64,000 bases of DNA from Candidatus Micrarchaeia archaeon (GTDB taxonomy: Archaea > Micrarchaeota > Micrarchaeia > Burarchaeales > Fermentimicrarchaeaceae), in the NCBI GenBank assembly GCA_038871515.1, contig JAVZHX010000001.1, positions 318,915 to 382,914 of the forward strand, written 5' to 3'. A program made the position numbers and the translations under genes. Positions 63,273-64,000 of this stretch are shown here, piece by piece. The stretch's first letter is position 1. Each line of letters begins with the position of its first letter. The notes beneath the pieces were generated by a model. It made no database searches and was not told the origin of the DNA. It saw only the letters and a program-made list of their open reading frames with translations.

Positions 63273-64000
63273 ATGGAGAGAATAGTTGAATGCATCCCAA
63301 ACTTCAGCGAGGGGAGGAGGAAGGAGGTTATTGATGAGATTGTTGGGGAGGTAAAAAAAGTTAAAGGAGTGAAGCTTCTTGACGTTGAAAGCGATGTAGA
63401 CCATAACAGAAGCGTAGTTACATTTATTGGTGAACCCAAAGCAGTTTTGGAAGCTGCCTTCCTTGCAGCAAAAAAAGCTTCTGAGCTAATTGATATGAAC
63501 AAACACAAGGGGGAGCACCCGAGAATTGGGGCAACAGATGTAATTCCATTCGTCCCAATTTCAAATGTCACAATGGAGGAATGCGTTGAGCTTGCAAAAA
63601 AGCTAGGTAAGAGAATTGCGGATGAATTGAAAATACCGGTTTACCTTTATGAAGCAGCTGCCACAAAACCAGAGAGAGTGAATTTAGCGGATATAAGAAA
63701 AGGGGAGTATGAAGGTTTGAAAAAAGAAATTGAAACAAACCCGGAGAGGAAACCAGATTATGGAGCTGCGAAACTTCACCCAACAGCAGGGGCAACTGTT
63801 GTTGGCGCAAGGGAGCCACTCATTGCATTCAACGTTAATTTAGGAACAAGTAACATTGAGATTGCTAAGAAAATTGCAAAAGCAGTCAGATTCAGCAGCG
63901 GTGGCTTTAAAAATGTGAAAGCAAAGGGGTTTGATATAAAGAACAGGGGGATTGTTCAGGTTTCTATGAATTTGACAAATTATAAAGAAACTCCAATTTT
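63273..64000 (+). CDS. Glutamate formimidoyltransferase (FTCD N-terminal domain-like). It is 3'-partial and runs off the right edge.
   Basis: MERIVECIPNFSEGRRKEVIDEIV is the classic formiminotransferase N-terminus. The open frame continues to the end of the window. Confidence 0.7.
   Translation, partial: MERIVECIPNFSEGRRKEVIDEIVGEVKKVKGVKLLDVESDVDHNRSVVTFIGEPKAVLEAAFLAAKKASELIDMNKHKGEHPRIGATDVIPFVPISNVTMEECVELAKKLGKRIADELKIPVYLYEAAATKPERVNLADIRKGEYEGLKKEIETNPERKPDYGAAKLHPTAGATVVGAREPLIAFNVNLGTSNIEIAKKIAKAVRFSSGGFKNVKAKGFDIKNRGIVQVSMNLTNYKETPI

Noticed and set aside
1-64000. CRISPR arrays, rRNA genes, IS elements, integrases and prophage
   Set aside because: I saw no short regularly spaced direct repeats, no transposase or integrase motifs, and no rRNA-like conserved stretches. 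The only long repeat is the intragenic 243-bp duplication.

Overview
The window is archaeal DNA, compact and about 42-45% GC. Evidence for an archaeal origin: archaeal-type DnaG primase, the Holliday junction resolvase Hjc, RNA polymerase subunit K, tRNA splicing endonuclease EndA, the wyosine enzyme Taw1, diphthine synthase, archaeal D-aminoacyl-tRNA deacylase DtdA, geranylgeranyl reductase, CDP-alcohol phosphatidyltransferase, class III signal peptide pilins, and an intron-containing tRNA at the canonical 37/38 position. The three-unit EndA and the small, patchy gene content hint at a DPANN-like or other small-genome archaeon, but that is a guess.

I call about 75 protein genes, mostly on the minus strand and tightly packed. 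There are five tRNAs: Gly-GCC, Phe-GAA, Val-TAC, an intron-containing Met/Ile2-CAU, and a Cys-GCA sitting next to cysS. There is one compact RNase P RNA candidate. Three small genes were missed by the ORF track: rpoK, a 2x[4Fe-4S] ferredoxin upstream of the geranylgeranyl reductase, and a 5'-partial secreted S16 protease-domain gene at the left edge.

I found no CRISPR array, rRNA, insertion sequence or prophage.

The most interesting observations, in my ranking:
(1) A palindromic motif ATATAACT-G-AGTTATAT lies upstream of both iscS and a small regulator with an HTH and five C-terminal cysteines, suggesting an Fe-S-cluster-sensing regulon.
(2) An extracytoplasmic VIT-vWA protein is fused through one TM helix to a cytoplasmic ArsR-type HTH, i.e. 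a membrane-tethered one-component regulator.
(3) A HEPN/MNT toxin-antitoxin pair has a winged HTH fused to the MNT.
(4) A LonB-like AAA+ ATPase lacks the protease domain and carries a zinc-ribbon insertion, while a separate secreted S16 protease-domain protein is encoded 2.3 kb away.
(5) A perfect ~243-bp intragenic direct repeat sits inside a tandem thioredoxin-like exported protein.
(6) Two conserved housekeeping genes (rnhB and a beta-CASP RNase) have conserved N-termini that begin at ATA codons with no in-frame ATG/GTG/TTG.
(7) A CDP-alcohol phosphatidyltransferase + PHP phosphatase two-gene module lies downstream of tandem pilin paralogs; I propose it as an archaetidylinositol-phosphate synthase/phosphatase pair.
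(8) NikR carries an 8-4-8 inverted repeat in its own promoter.
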